A stretch of 63,649 nt of DNA, the filler included, from Octopus bimaculoides (Eukaryota): the NCBI RefSeq assembly GCF_001194135.2. It is 5 parts of 4 records of this genome, joined end to end, with 100 filler letters (N's around TTAATTAATTAA, not from the genome) between each part and the next. Parts side by side here need not be neighbours in the genome. Positions count along the whole stretch, not along the records: positions 39,982 to 56,365 come from NC_068994.1; positions 56,466 to 60,911 come from NC_069003.1; positions 61,012 to 63,649 come from NC_068985.1; 2 more parts are not named here. One strand, written 5' to 3'. A program made the translations under genes and the position numbers. The notes below the pieces were generated by a model, which was not told the origin of the DNA, did no database searches, and was given only the letters and a program-made list of their open reading frames with translations. The first letter of the stretch is position 1. Every line of letters starts with the position of its first letter. Shown here piece after piece: positions 52,548 through 63,649 of this stretch.

Positions 52548-53298
52548 AGTGGCAGAACGCTGGGCAAAATACTTGGCGGAATTTCGTCCGTCTTTACGTT
52601 CTGAGTTCAAATTCCGCCGAGGTCGACTTAGCCTTTCGTCTTTTCAGGGTCGATGAAATAATTACCAGTTGAGCACTGAGGTCGGCCTACTCCAAAATTG
52701 CTGGCCTTGTACCAAAATTTGAAACCAATATTCAATAGTGATGCTATTGTTGGTAGTCATCAATACCTACATCTTATTAAGAATGTAAATTTTCAATTAA
52801 AAGATATTTTATTATCTCTGTATGCGGGGTAAAGCGGCTACCTGGCAGAACTGTTAGAACGCCGGGCAAAATGGTTAGCGGCATTTCGTCCGTCGTTACG
52901 TTCTGAGTTCAAATTCCGCCGATGTCGATATTTACCTTTTGTGGTAGATAAAATAAGTACCGTTTGAGTACCGAAATTGATGTAAGCGAGTAGTCCCCTG
53001 CCCACAATTTTAGGCCCTGCGCCTATAACAAAATATCATTTCTTTATGAGTCGATGCAATATAAAATGTAAAGATGTGGTGTAAATATTCAAATTTTTTG
53101 CCACGAGGACAGCTTGTGGGAGGTGGGGATGATTCGATTATATCGACCCAGTGTTCAACTGGTACTTATTTTATCGACTCCGAAAGGATGAAAGGTGAAG
53201 TCGACCTCGGTCGAATCTGAACTCAGAACGTAGCGACGAGTAAAATACCGTTTAGCATTTCGTCTAGCGCGCTAACGATTCTGCCAGCTCGCCACCTT
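52548..53298. mobile_element. Cluster of three SINE family A copies (52548-52730 +, 52830-53035 +, 53075-53298 -)
   Basis: Consensus match; the first has tail C, the second tail B. Confidence 0.85.
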
Positions 53299-53339
53299 GG
53301 TGTAGGCGTTCATACATCATCACTAGCTTTCCAAATCCT

Positions 53340-53452
53340 GCTGCATTTCGCATGGAATTTTTGCTCTGCCAAAGTCGTACTGGTGTATAAGTCGACCTGC
53401 CACTTTCGGCTGTGAATTTTGATCGGAAAAATTCGACTTGTATGCCGGAAAT
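53340..53452 (+). mobile_element. Probable pogo/Tigger-type MITE end
   Basis: GTATAAGTCGACC...AAAAATTCGACTTGTATGCCGGAAATAC resembles the ..TCGACTTATAC..TATACGGTA terminus; the left end was not found. Confidence 0.35.
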
Positions 53453-54159
53453 ACAATCTCGAAAGATGGAAAATTGAAAAGCGGATTTCTTTTTGTTATG
53501 TTTACATTCATAAAAATCAATAAATTATTAATTTTTATCAGCGGTAAAGTACGATCTACTAATGTTTAATATGATAAACGTTTGACATTGTTAGAAAATA
53601 AAGGGCGATAACTATTTGGAATACACTTTATGTCATTGTCAATATTAATCCTTTTCAACCGCATTGTAAAGTAAATTATCTTTCTTTGATTTCTAACAAT
53701 AAATGATGTCAACATTTGAAATGTTCGTATATTGAACTTTATCGATGATAAAAATAGGTTATTGACTAACTTTTCAAATTCTATACATCACTTTTATTAC
53801 TTTAAATAGGTTATCGTTGGTAATAACTTGGCTTTATGAAAACACACATGCACCAACCCTATCTCCAATTCACTCCACCCTATTTTATTGAGAATGTGTT
53901 CGTGTTGGGAGGTCGAGGAAGACTATGTAAGGTTGTGATGAGGGTCGACAGATTCAAAAGTTTGGAAGGCTCTATCATTGACTATTATCGCTTTTACTTT
54001 GTCTTTTTTTATTGTTACTAAATATTTCTAATAAAATATTTAATGCTTCATGCATTAACATACATTAACACTACTATATGATAATATAAGTTAATACCAT
54101 AAGGCGGCTAGCTGGCAGAATAGTTATCGCGCCAGGCCAAATGCTTAGCGGCATTTCGG

Positions 54160-54465
54160 CCATAAATTGCGAGAAGTATTGAAGCATGAAGATCACCCTG
54201 TTTTACACCATTTTCCACAGCAAAGGTTTCTGAAAGAGCCCCACCAAAGTAAATTCTAGCCTTCGTATCTTTATGCAGTATCTTAATCATTTTAATAAAT
54301 TTGTCCGGGCAGCCATACTTTTTCAAAACAATCCAGGGTACATCACTCTTCACTGTATCAAAGGCCTTACGAAGACCCACGAAAAAGGGAGACAAAGGTA
54401 TATCCCGTTCAATAAACTTTTCCTGAAGCTGACGAACAGTAAATATCATATTGATTGTCCCCTTA
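54160..54465 (-). mobile_element. RTE/BovB-like RT fragment sandwiched between SINEs
   Basis: TINMIFTVRQLQEKFIE..FFVGLRKAFDTV..YGCPDKFIKMI..LSETFAVENGVKQGD. Confidence 0.9.
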
Positions 54466-54469
54466 TATA

Positions 54470-54800
54470 ACACTGTGTAATTAAGAAGTTCGCTTTGTAG
54501 CCACATAGATTGAGGTTCAGTTCCAGTACGTGTCACCTTGGGAAAGTGTCTTTTTCTATAGCAGCGAACCAATCAATGCCTTGTGAATGAATTTTACAGA
54601 GAGAAACAGCGTAAAAATCCGCGCGCGTACTCGTGTGTTAGTATGCCTGTGTGTGCGTGTATTTGTGCTTGTCCTCACACTGCTTGACAACCGGTGTGGG
54701 TTTGTTTACTTTCCTGTAAATTAGCAGTTCGGCCAAAAAAAAACAATTAGTAAGTACCGGGGCCCGATCAGTTCCATTAAACTCTTTCAGTTACTGAAAC
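54470..54800 (+). mobile_element. SINE family B
   Basis: Matches 11905-12255. Confidence 0.75.
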
Positions 54801-56119
54801 AACAAACAAAAAAACAAGAACAGTAGGAGNNNNNNNNNNNNNNNNNNNNNNNNNNNNNNNNNNNNNNNNNNNNNNNNNNNNNNNNNNNNNNNNNNNNNNN
54901 NNNNNNNNNNNNNNNNNNNNNNNNNNNNNNNNNNNNNNNNNNNNNNNNNNNNNNNNNNNNNNNNNNNNNNNNNNNNNNNNNNNNNNNNNNNNNNNNNNNN
55001 NNNNNNNNNNNNNNNNNNNNNNNNNNNNNNNNNNNNNNNNNNNNNNNNNNNNNNNNNNNNNNNNNNNNNNNNNNNNNNNNNNNNNNNNNNNNNNNNNNNN
55101 NNNNNNNNNNNNNNNNNNNNNNNNNNNNNNNNNNNNNNNNNNNNNNNNNNNNNNNNNNNNNNNNNNNNNNNNNNNNNNNNNNNNNNNNNNNNNNNNNNNN
55201 NNNNNNNNNNNNNNNNNNNNNNNNNNNNNNNNNNNNNNNNNNNNNNNNNNNNNNNNNNNNNNNNNNNNNNNNNNNNNNNNNNNNNNNNNNNNNNNNNNNN
55301 NNNNNNNNNNNNNNNNNNNNNNNNNNNNNNNNNNNNNNNNNNNNNNNNNNNNNNNNNNNNNNNNNNNNNNNNNNNNNNNNNNNNNNNNNNNNNNNNNNNN
55401 NNNNNNNNNNNNNNNNNNNNNNNNNNNNNNNNNNNNNNNNNNNNNNNNNNNNNNNNNNNNNNNNNNNNNNNNNNNNNNNNNNNNNNNNNNNNNNNNNNNN
55501 NNNNNNNNNNNNNNNNTATCTTTACCTTTAATTATTTCTAGTTTGGCCTCACTTTCGTACTTTCTTCCTTCTTCACTCTCGTTCTCACTAGCTTTCCGTG
55601 ATTTTCTTCTTTTTTTTTTTTTTCACTTCTACTTTCACTTTCTTCCTTACATCTATCTTTCTGCCATACTTCTTTCCTCGCTTTTACATTTTTTTTCTTC
55701 ACAAACTCCTTCTTACCAACGTAACCACTATCACCACCACCACTGCCATAATCTATTCTCTCTCTCCCTCTCTGTCACTCTCGTTCTTTTTACTTCTCTT
55801 TAAATTTTTCCCTTTCTTTATCTCTTCCTTATCATTTTCATTCCTCCACCCCTTACACATTTTCCCTCACGATTTGTCCGTCAGTCTGTTTCTGTATCTT
55901 TTTCCTCCTGATTTCCTCTCTTCCTCCTTTTTCTTCTTTCTTTCCTTCTGTTTTCAGTAATCATTCTTACCACACACCTACCTCTCATACGATCAATCCA
56001 TCTATCCGTCTAAACTCTCGTTCCCTCTCTAACCAATTCTCCTTCTCTTTATATCTACCTTGGTCTATGTCACTCGCTCTATCTTTCCCTCTCTCCCTTT
56101 CTTTCTTTCTCCCTTTCTT

Positions 56120-56151
<32 letters not shown>

Positions 56152-56284
56152 ACCCTCTCTTTTTCTCTATCTATCTATCTTTATCTTTCTTTAATTCTTC
56201 CTATTCCATTCTCCAATCACCTCTGCAACCTCCTAAAACTATCTCAGTGATTTCCCTCTCATCGTCTCCCTCTTTCTGCCCGTT

Positions 56285-56365
<81 letters not shown>

Positions 56366-56465
56366 NNNNNNNNNNNNNNNNNNNNNNNNNNNNNNNNNNN
56401 NNNNNNNNNTTAATTAATTAANNNNNNNNNNNNNNNNNNNNNNNNNNNNNNNNNNNNNNNNNNNN
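56366..56465. other. Artificial scaffold spacer 44N-TTAATTAATTAA-44N
   Basis: 12-mer at 56410-56421. Confidence 0.95.
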
Positions 56466-56859
56466 TATTACTATCAGAAAACAGAAAAATATATTGTGGA
56501 AACTTATTTTATTTGTATCACAATATGAACGCACCAAATATTTTAATACAAATAATATTCAAATGAACATGCATTAACATAAAATAAGCATAAGAACTGC
56601 CTACACATGTTTCAATGTGGTCACTATGTAAACAGTGCTTCGGAATATTCGAACCATATTTAGAAGATTCAGATGTAAAAGATAACAATAAAACGTCCAG
56701 ATCCCTTTAGAGCTGCCTCGTTCAAGAGGCCTATGCTTGCATATATTTCTCTGTTATTGAAGGTGGTGTTAAAGAACTTTCTAGATAAGATAGGTGAGGA
56801 CTACATATTCATATGTTGAGTATCTACGTTATGTAAACATTAGTTTATTGAAAGTAAGA

Positions 56860-58015
56860 GGGGACGCCGAGGGATTAACAGTGGAAGGTATTAATCAATC
56901 AAATCTTTCTAAAAATCTATTTGGGATTTGAAAAATGACGCTTATGTGTTTTGATGGACATTATGTAATGATCATTTAAGAGAATATATTGGACGTTTAA
57001 GAGTTGTGAGGAACATGATGTAATTAGGGGTAAGGTATTGTGAAGACGTTAATTAAAAAGATTGAATTAAAGAGGAAAAGTAAGAAATAGGGAAGGATAA
57101 GAAAAAAAATATATAGAGAAATAAATTTGCTGGGGGGAAAGGAATAATGGAATGAGGTTATACTTAATTGAAAGAAGTTATAAATAACAATAAGTGATTA
57201 GGGATATATGATAAAAAAGTATATGTGCAGATTTTAATATTTTTAAGGTTATGGCTAAGAAAGTATAGGTTATATTGTATATTTAGATAATTATGGGGCA
57301 GGAATTATATTAAAGCTTCTCTCGTAAATAGTCGTATGTCTTTACTGGTTAAGATACATGCGGTAAATAATAGAGGATATATATATGTAAAATAAAATTT
57401 ATAGGTACAGCATTATCGTTCGGTTATGAATAAAATTTTAATTAATGTTTCTAAACAAAGATTAACCCTACTAGTATCATGTAGCATTTCGATGCATAAT
57501 ACTATGTAGGGGAAAGAATTTGGATTAATTGACAGATGAAACACATTTAGAATGAGGTATGTGGGGGATATAGGGAAGAAGAATATGTATTATGCAAAGA
57601 AAGCATACTGTAGGTATGAATATAAGCTATGTGTCAGGTAAAGCCTAGATTATTATTGATATTATGGTAGAATTGTATGATCAGGAATATTAAGATATAT
57701 TTAATAGTAGAGTGTAATGGTAGCAAAAGAAACATCTTCAAATAGGTGAATAATGTTCATGTTGATACATGTATTATATAGAATGCACATATACATAGTA
57801 ATTAAGTGGAGCGTGCAGAAAATATGAGTATAAATTTTGTGAATGGTATGAATATGTATATATATACATGCATTTTATGCAATTATATGTACTTATACGC
57901 GTCAACTTACATTTTTAGGTGTACACACACACACACANNNNNNNNNNTATGTATATATATACATGCATTTTATGCAATTATATGTACTTATACGCGTCAA
58001 CTTACATTTTTAGGT

Positions 58016-58078
<63 letters not shown>

Positions 58079-58600
58079 AATGCAATTTTATGTAATTTAA
58101 TGTAGATATGTGGGTGAACTTACAATATTTAGGTACATGCAGAGTCTTAATTGTTATTGATGTTATGTTATAAATGTATAATCAAGTAAGGAGATGGTTA
58201 ATGTGGAAAATATATATTGTGGAAATAAATATTGCCGTGGGTATTATAAATTATTGTATTAAGTTGATATTAATTGGTTTGAATTTGGGATTAAGTTTTT
58301 TTTTTAAATGTTATTTAAAAATTATTGTTTAAAAGCTAACTATTAAAGATTAAAAATTAAATCTTAAAGAGTTAAATAATATTATGGGATTAAGAATATG
58401 GGTTATAAGTATATCTCTAAGAAGAAATGGTATTAAGAGTGGGTTACAAAATGACAAATGAAGTTTAGTGAGTATAGAGGTAATACTTATTGTGCGATTG
58501 AAACACTAAAGGCAGGATTTATATAAAAAATGTGATGAAGGTGGAGTGTATGCATAATTAGATTTCATAGGTCTATATAGAATACATTACGGTATTTATA
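56860..58600 (-). mobile_element. Possible very old CR1-like LINE remnant
   Basis: Strong purine skew on the + strand; weak minus-strand echoes (NIIHLFEDV; TSKDIRLFTREALI..NIKI) of RT C-terminal motifs. Confidence 0.3.
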
Positions 58601-58649
58601 TCAGATATATTATATATGCTTATTACTTTGTGAGAAAGAAAGTGGTGAA

Positions 58650-59050
58650 TTATTTATATTTAGAAAAAATATATTTGTGAACATGTAAGCGTTGGGACAT
58701 TTTCTCGGATCTATCATTTAAAATTTTATGCTTAGAGAATAAAATGTATATCTTATCTAGGTAAAGTGAGCAAGTTTTGGCCGGTGGTTTGTACGCATGA
58801 GCGTTGTTTAACATTTTCCATATAATTTTATACGTTATACTTACTTAGGCTCGTGCTATTTTCATTATTAGCATTTCTAAAGGAGGTCTCATGATTCGCA
58901 AGACGAGATTTCAGATAACAGGCAGTTGCTTCAACGTAATAGAAACATTTGCCTTGCATTTCAACAGTTGCTTGGTATACTAGGTTTTTACGTTTACAGT
59001 AATTCTTAAATTCACATTTTTCTTTAACCCTACAATCACAGAAATCATTA
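58650..59050 (-). mobile_element. Penelope-like element, GIY-YIG endonuclease C-terminal fragment (copy 1)
   Basis: FCDCRVKEKCEFKNYCKRKNLVYQATVEMQGKCFYYVEATACYLKSRLANHETSFRNANNENSTSLSKY / YKIIWKML..CSLYLDKIYIL..ILNDRSE. Confidence 0.85.
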
Positions 59051-59274
59051 AAATAGTTATTAGACGTCTTATTTTTGTTTGTATTATTGTCTATGTGTTG
59101 TCTAGATATATTATGTCTGTCATTTATGTTTGTTTGGATATCATTTGTGTTCGTATTTGGAGTGGGGTTATTTCTATTTGTGTAATATGCATCAAGTGTT
59201 ACATTATCAAAAGATTGCCATTGTTATTTATAACTTCTTTCAATTAGCTATAATCTTATTTCGTTATCCCCACC

Positions 59275-59663
59275 CCAGAATCTCCAGAGAATACAAGACA
59301 GGGAAGTACAGTTTTCTCTGTTTTGGGATCTGAACTAGTGCATATGTTGGGAGTATCTTCCCTTGAAGTCATTTGCTGTCATACTTGCATAGTACCTAGT
59401 AATGCCATTGCATGGTGTAAGGGTGGCGCTGTATACTACGGTCCTTGAAAGGCAAGATCCTTCTACAGAATACATGGTGGGTTTTCGACAGTTGCTGGTT
59501 GGTGTTGAGGGTGGTGTGGGTGCATTTTTACGTCTGTTGATGTGTACGATGTCAGATGCGATGTCATTTAAGCAGGAGTAGCTCACCTTGACATTATGGG
59601 GGTTAAAATGTTTGTAATACTTATGGCCTCTGGGGAAGTGTTTCTTAATTAGCGACAGGAGGC
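59275..59663 (-). mobile_element. Penelope-like element, linker plus GIY-YIG fragment (copy 2)
   Basis: LLSLIKKHFPRGHKYYKHFNPHNVKVSYSCLND..SNCRKP..GSCLSRTVVYSATL..RYYASMTANDFKGRYSQHMH*FR..ENCTSLS. Confidence 0.9.
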
Positions 59664-59699
59664 TACTAGCTACATTGATAGAAACTTCTATATATATAT

Positions 59700-60911
59700 A
59701 TATAGTTGAAATTTACTGAAAAACAAAAGCCAAAGACAGGTGTATTACTTTAACGCTCGGGAAGGTGAGAAAGTCTTTTACGTTTGGAGCCTACGCTCTT
59801 CAACAGAAAAGAATACAAGGAAATAAACAAAGAGAATAAAAAAGCTTTGGGAGCTAGCGGTCAATCATGGTGGCTGGCTGGTCAGAGGTAGTTAGACTAG
59901 AGAGTTAGGAAGAAGGGGAGATAATAAAGTATTGGTGATCCCAAAATGAAGGTGCGCGTGCGTGTGTATGTGAGAGTGACTTTGACGTGTGGATGTGTGC
60001 GTGTGTGTGTGTGTGCATCCGTAATTTGTGGGTATGTGGGTGATGGTCTGGGTGCTGGGAAGTGGTCAGTGCTAGTTTGTGCGGAGTAGTGTGATGTGGT
60101 GTGGTTTGGCGGTGTTGGCGTGTGGGGATGGGAGGGTGGGGTGCGGTGTATGTAAGGGTGGGGTGTATGTTTGGGGTGAGGATGTGGAGGTAGGGTGGGG
60201 CATGAGAGAGTGGGATGTGTGAGGTGGGGTGGGGTGTTGGAGGTTGGCATGTGTATAGGTGGGGTATGAATGGAGAGTATAATGAAGGGAGAAAGTAGGT
60301 AGGAGTGAAGAGAGGAAGTAGGTATGAGATGAAGAAAGGAGAGAAGGGGAGTTAGATGCAGGGGGGAGCCCATATGGCACAAAGGAGCGAAGAGAGGAGA
60401 TGAATTCCCGTTCACGGCGAAGGCGTGAGGAGTCCGGATTACCCCTGTGCAGAGACTATCTAAACATAGACAGGTGTTGTAATGAATGACCGGTAGAACG
60501 GAAATAGCGCGAAACTGGGGTGTCGTTGCCGAGTCTAATGTCTCGGAGGTGTTCCGCGAACCGGTCAGGCAAATGGCATCCCGTTTAACCGATGTGCAGA
60601 GAAGGACAGAAAGAGCAGGAGATGCGGTAAATGACGTTGCTACAAGTGCATGCGCAGGAGTCAGTGATACGATAGGGACGATGACGGGAGCTTGTGAAAA
60701 TGGTGGTGTTGGAGAGGTAGGGGCAGTATGGCCGGGACCAGGGGAACGATCCAGGTTGGCAGGTGGGGTTAGGGAATAAACTGTGGACTGGGTGGTCACA
60801 TAGGTTGTGGGTTCCTTTGAAGGAGGGGTGGGAGTAGGTTGGGAAAGATGTGCGAAGTGGAGGGGTGGGAAAGGAGTCGCTGGAAGGCTCGGAAAATGGT
60901 GTGTTGGAGAC
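59700..60911 (-). mobile_element. Penelope-like element 3' end (different subfamily): GIY-YIG pseudo-ORF about 60370-60910, C-rich spacer and terminal repeat
   Basis: HNLCDHPVHS..QPGSFPWSRPYCPY..YRITDSCACTCSNVIYRISCSFCPSLHIG*TGCHLPDRFAEHLRDI..PVSRYF..RLRREREFISSLRSFVPYGL. The terminal repeat is homologous to 17160-17302. Confidence 0.9.
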
Positions 60912-61011
60912 NNNNNNNNNNNNNNNNNNNNNNNNNNNNNNNNNNNNNNNNNNNNTTAATTAATTAANNNNNNNNNNNNNNNNNNNNNNNNNNNNNNNNN
61001 NNNNNNNNNNN
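60912..61011. other. Artificial scaffold spacer 44N-TTAATTAATTAA-44N
   Basis: 12-mer at 60956-60967. Confidence 0.95.
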
Positions 61012-61620
61012 ATAATGTGCATAAATGCACCGACACTAGAATGCCAAGCTCTATCGACCAAAATTGGTGGCTTTTCTCTAGGATAAACATTAGTAGCGTA
61101 GAGAGAAAAGATTTACACACATCAACAAAAAGTAGTCTTCTTCAAAAAATCTTTCGAAGCCTATGCATGCAAGTATATATGCATGGTCAAAATACATGCA
61201 TGTGCAATACGAGGGCGATTTGGGTGCTAATTATTACCGGCCGTGCGTACTAATAAGAATTAGTATGATAAATGCGATATATGTGTGCGTGTGTATGTGT
61301 GTGTAAGAGACAGAGAGAGAGACAGACAGACAGACAAACAGAAAGAGAGAGAGAGGAAGAAGGAGGGGAGAAAGACAGAGAGAGAGAAGGAGAGAGAGGG
61401 GGAGAGATAGGGAGAGAGAAGAAGGAAAGCTGCAGCACCGCCTGTAGCATTTGAACGTGGCACATGTAGTAAACTGTATAACTATGCTAACCACTACACC
61501 AAAGCGAAAATTACAAATTTGTTCGACTGAATTAGCAGGCGGGGATTGATTAAACGGACGGAGAAATTTTATAAAGAAGAATGTCTTGAATGCAATGGAC
61601 AGTTAATATGACACTAGCTG

Positions 61621-61862
61621 ATTCTTGATTACACTGACGACCTGGAGGTGATTAGAAAAAACAACAGCGGTAATGCAACTACTATTGGTTGCGTTACTGC
61701 TGTTGATAGGTTAATAAAAGTAGGAAGTAATGTTGGTATGGTTATTAACTGTTCAATGACAGAAATAATGAATATAAATTATGCCAGTCAATCCAATTGC
61801 AGTATAGAAAGAGAAATGATAAAGATTACTGATTATATCAAGTACTTGGAGACTATGGTTGC
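61621..61862 (+). mobile_element. RTE-like LINE RT fragment (catalytic region)
   Basis: In-frame ILDYTDDL (YADD-like)..VDRLIKVGSNVGMVINCSMTEIMNIN..IKITDYIKYLE. Confidence 0.7.
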
Positions 61863-61944
61863 AAGAATGGCTTAATAGGTTTGGAATTGGGTAAAATAAT
61901 TTATGAAAAAACAGTACAAGCAAATGAGTATCTTATATGCAAAG

Positions 61945-62390
61945 AAGCCCAGCATACTACGATAAATGTATCTTTATCCTTTATGTTCTAGTTGCTTTAG
62001 TCATTAGACTGCGTCCATGCTGGGGCACTGCCTTGAAGAGCTTTGTATATTTTTTTTCAGTCTGGTATTTATTTTATTGAAACCATTGGCCGAACCGTTA
62101 AGTTACGAGGACGAACACAACACCAACACCGACATACATACATACATACATACATACACACACACATACATACATACACATACACATACATAGACACACA
62201 CACATATGCGCGCGCACGCACGCACACACATACACACACGGGCTACTTTCATCTTCCGTCGACAAAATCCACTCACAAGGCTTTGGTCGGCATGGAACTA
62301 GAGTAGGAGACGCTTGCCCAAGGTACTACGCAGTGGAACCGAACACGGAACCATGTGGTTGGGAAGCAAATTTCTAACCAGACAGCCACA
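61945..62390 (-). mobile_element. SINE family B with internal (CATA)/(CA)n
   Basis: Reverse-complement match to 11905-12255. Confidence 0.85.
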
Positions 62391-62726
62391 CTTGCGTATA
62401 TTCTAAGTAAGATCAATATTATTCTATGGGTTTCCTTCAGTACAGTAACACGGTATCTGGTATTAAATTCCTAGCAATTTTAGCAGAAAGCTTCACGCAG
62501 AATATTAGCAATCGTGTGGCAAGATTAGGCGACTAACTAGACAGTGACAGAGATTCTATAAAGAAACACCAGTTGGTGGCTTAGTAGGATTACCGCAGCA
62601 TCAACAGTGAACGACTTAAATATTAAAGAGGAAAACTCCTCCCCGCTGCATGCACAAGCAACAATTCTTACTTCGAAATTTCCAGCATGACCCGAACCCC
62701 CACTCACCCACTTGTCACCCTTCCAG

Positions 62727-62857
62727 CCTGGACAAGTCTTTTTCTTTGGATATTGATTATATGAACATTATACATAAAAGTTGTATGCCCCCATCAATTT
62801 ACGGTGGATTTCCTTACGACACAGATATATGGGCATTGTACATATCCATAACATCAC
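62727..62857 (+). CDS. Candidate internal coding exon of an unidentified gene
   Basis: Strong acceptor (cccacttgtcacccttccAG) and donor (cac|GTGAGT) bracket a single open frame LDKSFSLDIDYMNIIHKSCMPPSIYGGFPYDTDIWALYISITS in non-repetitive sequence. Confidence 0.4.
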
Positions 62858-63055
62858 GTGAGTCGCAGAAAAAACACATGTATATATGAACTTATGAATT
62901 CACNNNNNNNNNNNNNNNNNNNNNNNNNNNNNNNNNNNNNNNNNNNNNNNNNNNNNNNNNNNNNNNNNNNNNNNNNNNNNNNNNNNNNNNNNNNNNNNNN
63001 NNNNNNNNNNNNNNNNNNNNNNNNNNNNNNNNNNNNNNNNNNNNNNNNNNNNNNN

Positions 63056-63093
<38 letters not shown>

Positions 63094-63576
63094 ATATATA
63101 TACACACACATACACAAACATGCGTATATGTGCATGTATATATGTGTGCTTGTGTTAGTGTGTGAGCGTGTATATGTCTCTGTGTGTATGTAAATATTTT
63201 GTATGGGTGTGCATGCATACATATGTGTGTATTTACATTTACAACTCCGAACGTACATGAGCGTTCTCACATAAGATGATTAAGGAATTAATTAATCCAC
63301 GGTGAACGCAGTACCTTGCAAAAATACCAGGGCTAATGCAAGGAAGATTTCTTGTTAGTTACCTCCCGTGAAACCTCGTACTGTCCAGTGTAACTTCGTG
63401 TATTCACATCCAAAATGGAGACGAGTACTGACGTTCCCAAGTGGCAAGCTTCAATATCTTAAAGATATCCTTCTTTACATGAAACCATTGGTAGTCTTGT
63501 TAATCCACAAATAAATAATATTCACCAATGCGGTGTTGAGCATTCATTCTCACTGTTCGATATTAGTGTGTGTTTA

Positions 63577-63622
<46 letters not shown>

Positions 63623-63649
63623 TAATGTATGTAAATATATATGTAATAT

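Noticed and set aside
57854-58060. Perfect ~85-bp direct repeat
   Set aside because: The two copies sit either side of a 10-N gap, consistent with an unmerged contig overlap.
56466-58600. Possible mitochondrial insertion (AT-rich, strand-skewed)
   Set aside because: No recognisable mitochondrial gene, rRNA or tRNA motifs; weak LINE-like echoes fit better.
59897-60799. 300-aa ORF, the longest gap-free ORF in the track
   Set aside because: It is an alternative frame over the Penelope GIY-YIG remnant plus a C-rich low-complexity spacer; the recognisable protein is in a different, stop-interrupted frame.

Overview
AT-rich animal genomic DNA, dense in microsatellites and SINEs and poor in genes. 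The SINE families, repeat load and a C2H2 zinc-finger start suggest a coleoid cephalopod, probably Octopus; this is inference. The window is not one contiguous locus: four identical artificial spacers (44N-TTAATTAATTAA-44N, 12-mers at 9960, 39926, 56410, 60956) join at least five sequence blocks. The only convincing host coding sequence is the first half-finger of a C2H2 zinc-finger ORF (9854-9915), cut off by the first spacer. It lies about 4 kb downstream of a CpG-retaining, promoter-like region. Most other recognisable sequence is transposon debris: a near full-length dead mariner, a deleted mariner, a Tigger/pogo remnant, a piggyBac-type MITE, RTE, CR1/Jockey-like and Tx1/L1 LINE fragments, three stacked Penelope GIY-YIG fragments and about 35 tRNA-derived SINEs of three families. 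The best leads are (1) a Penelope terminal-repeat family carrying a minimal, probably dimer-type hammerhead-like motif with a shared non-canonical core (CUGUUGA), ending at (TA)n tracts; (2) a second hammerhead-core element inside a 78-bp inverted repeat; (3) a 102-bp minisatellite with A/B higher-order structure and TATCGATA palindromes; (4) an orphan candidate exon at 62727-62857. Repeat boundaries were read by eye and are approximate. Nearly all ORFs in the supplied track are microsatellite, N-gap or off-frame transposon artefacts.
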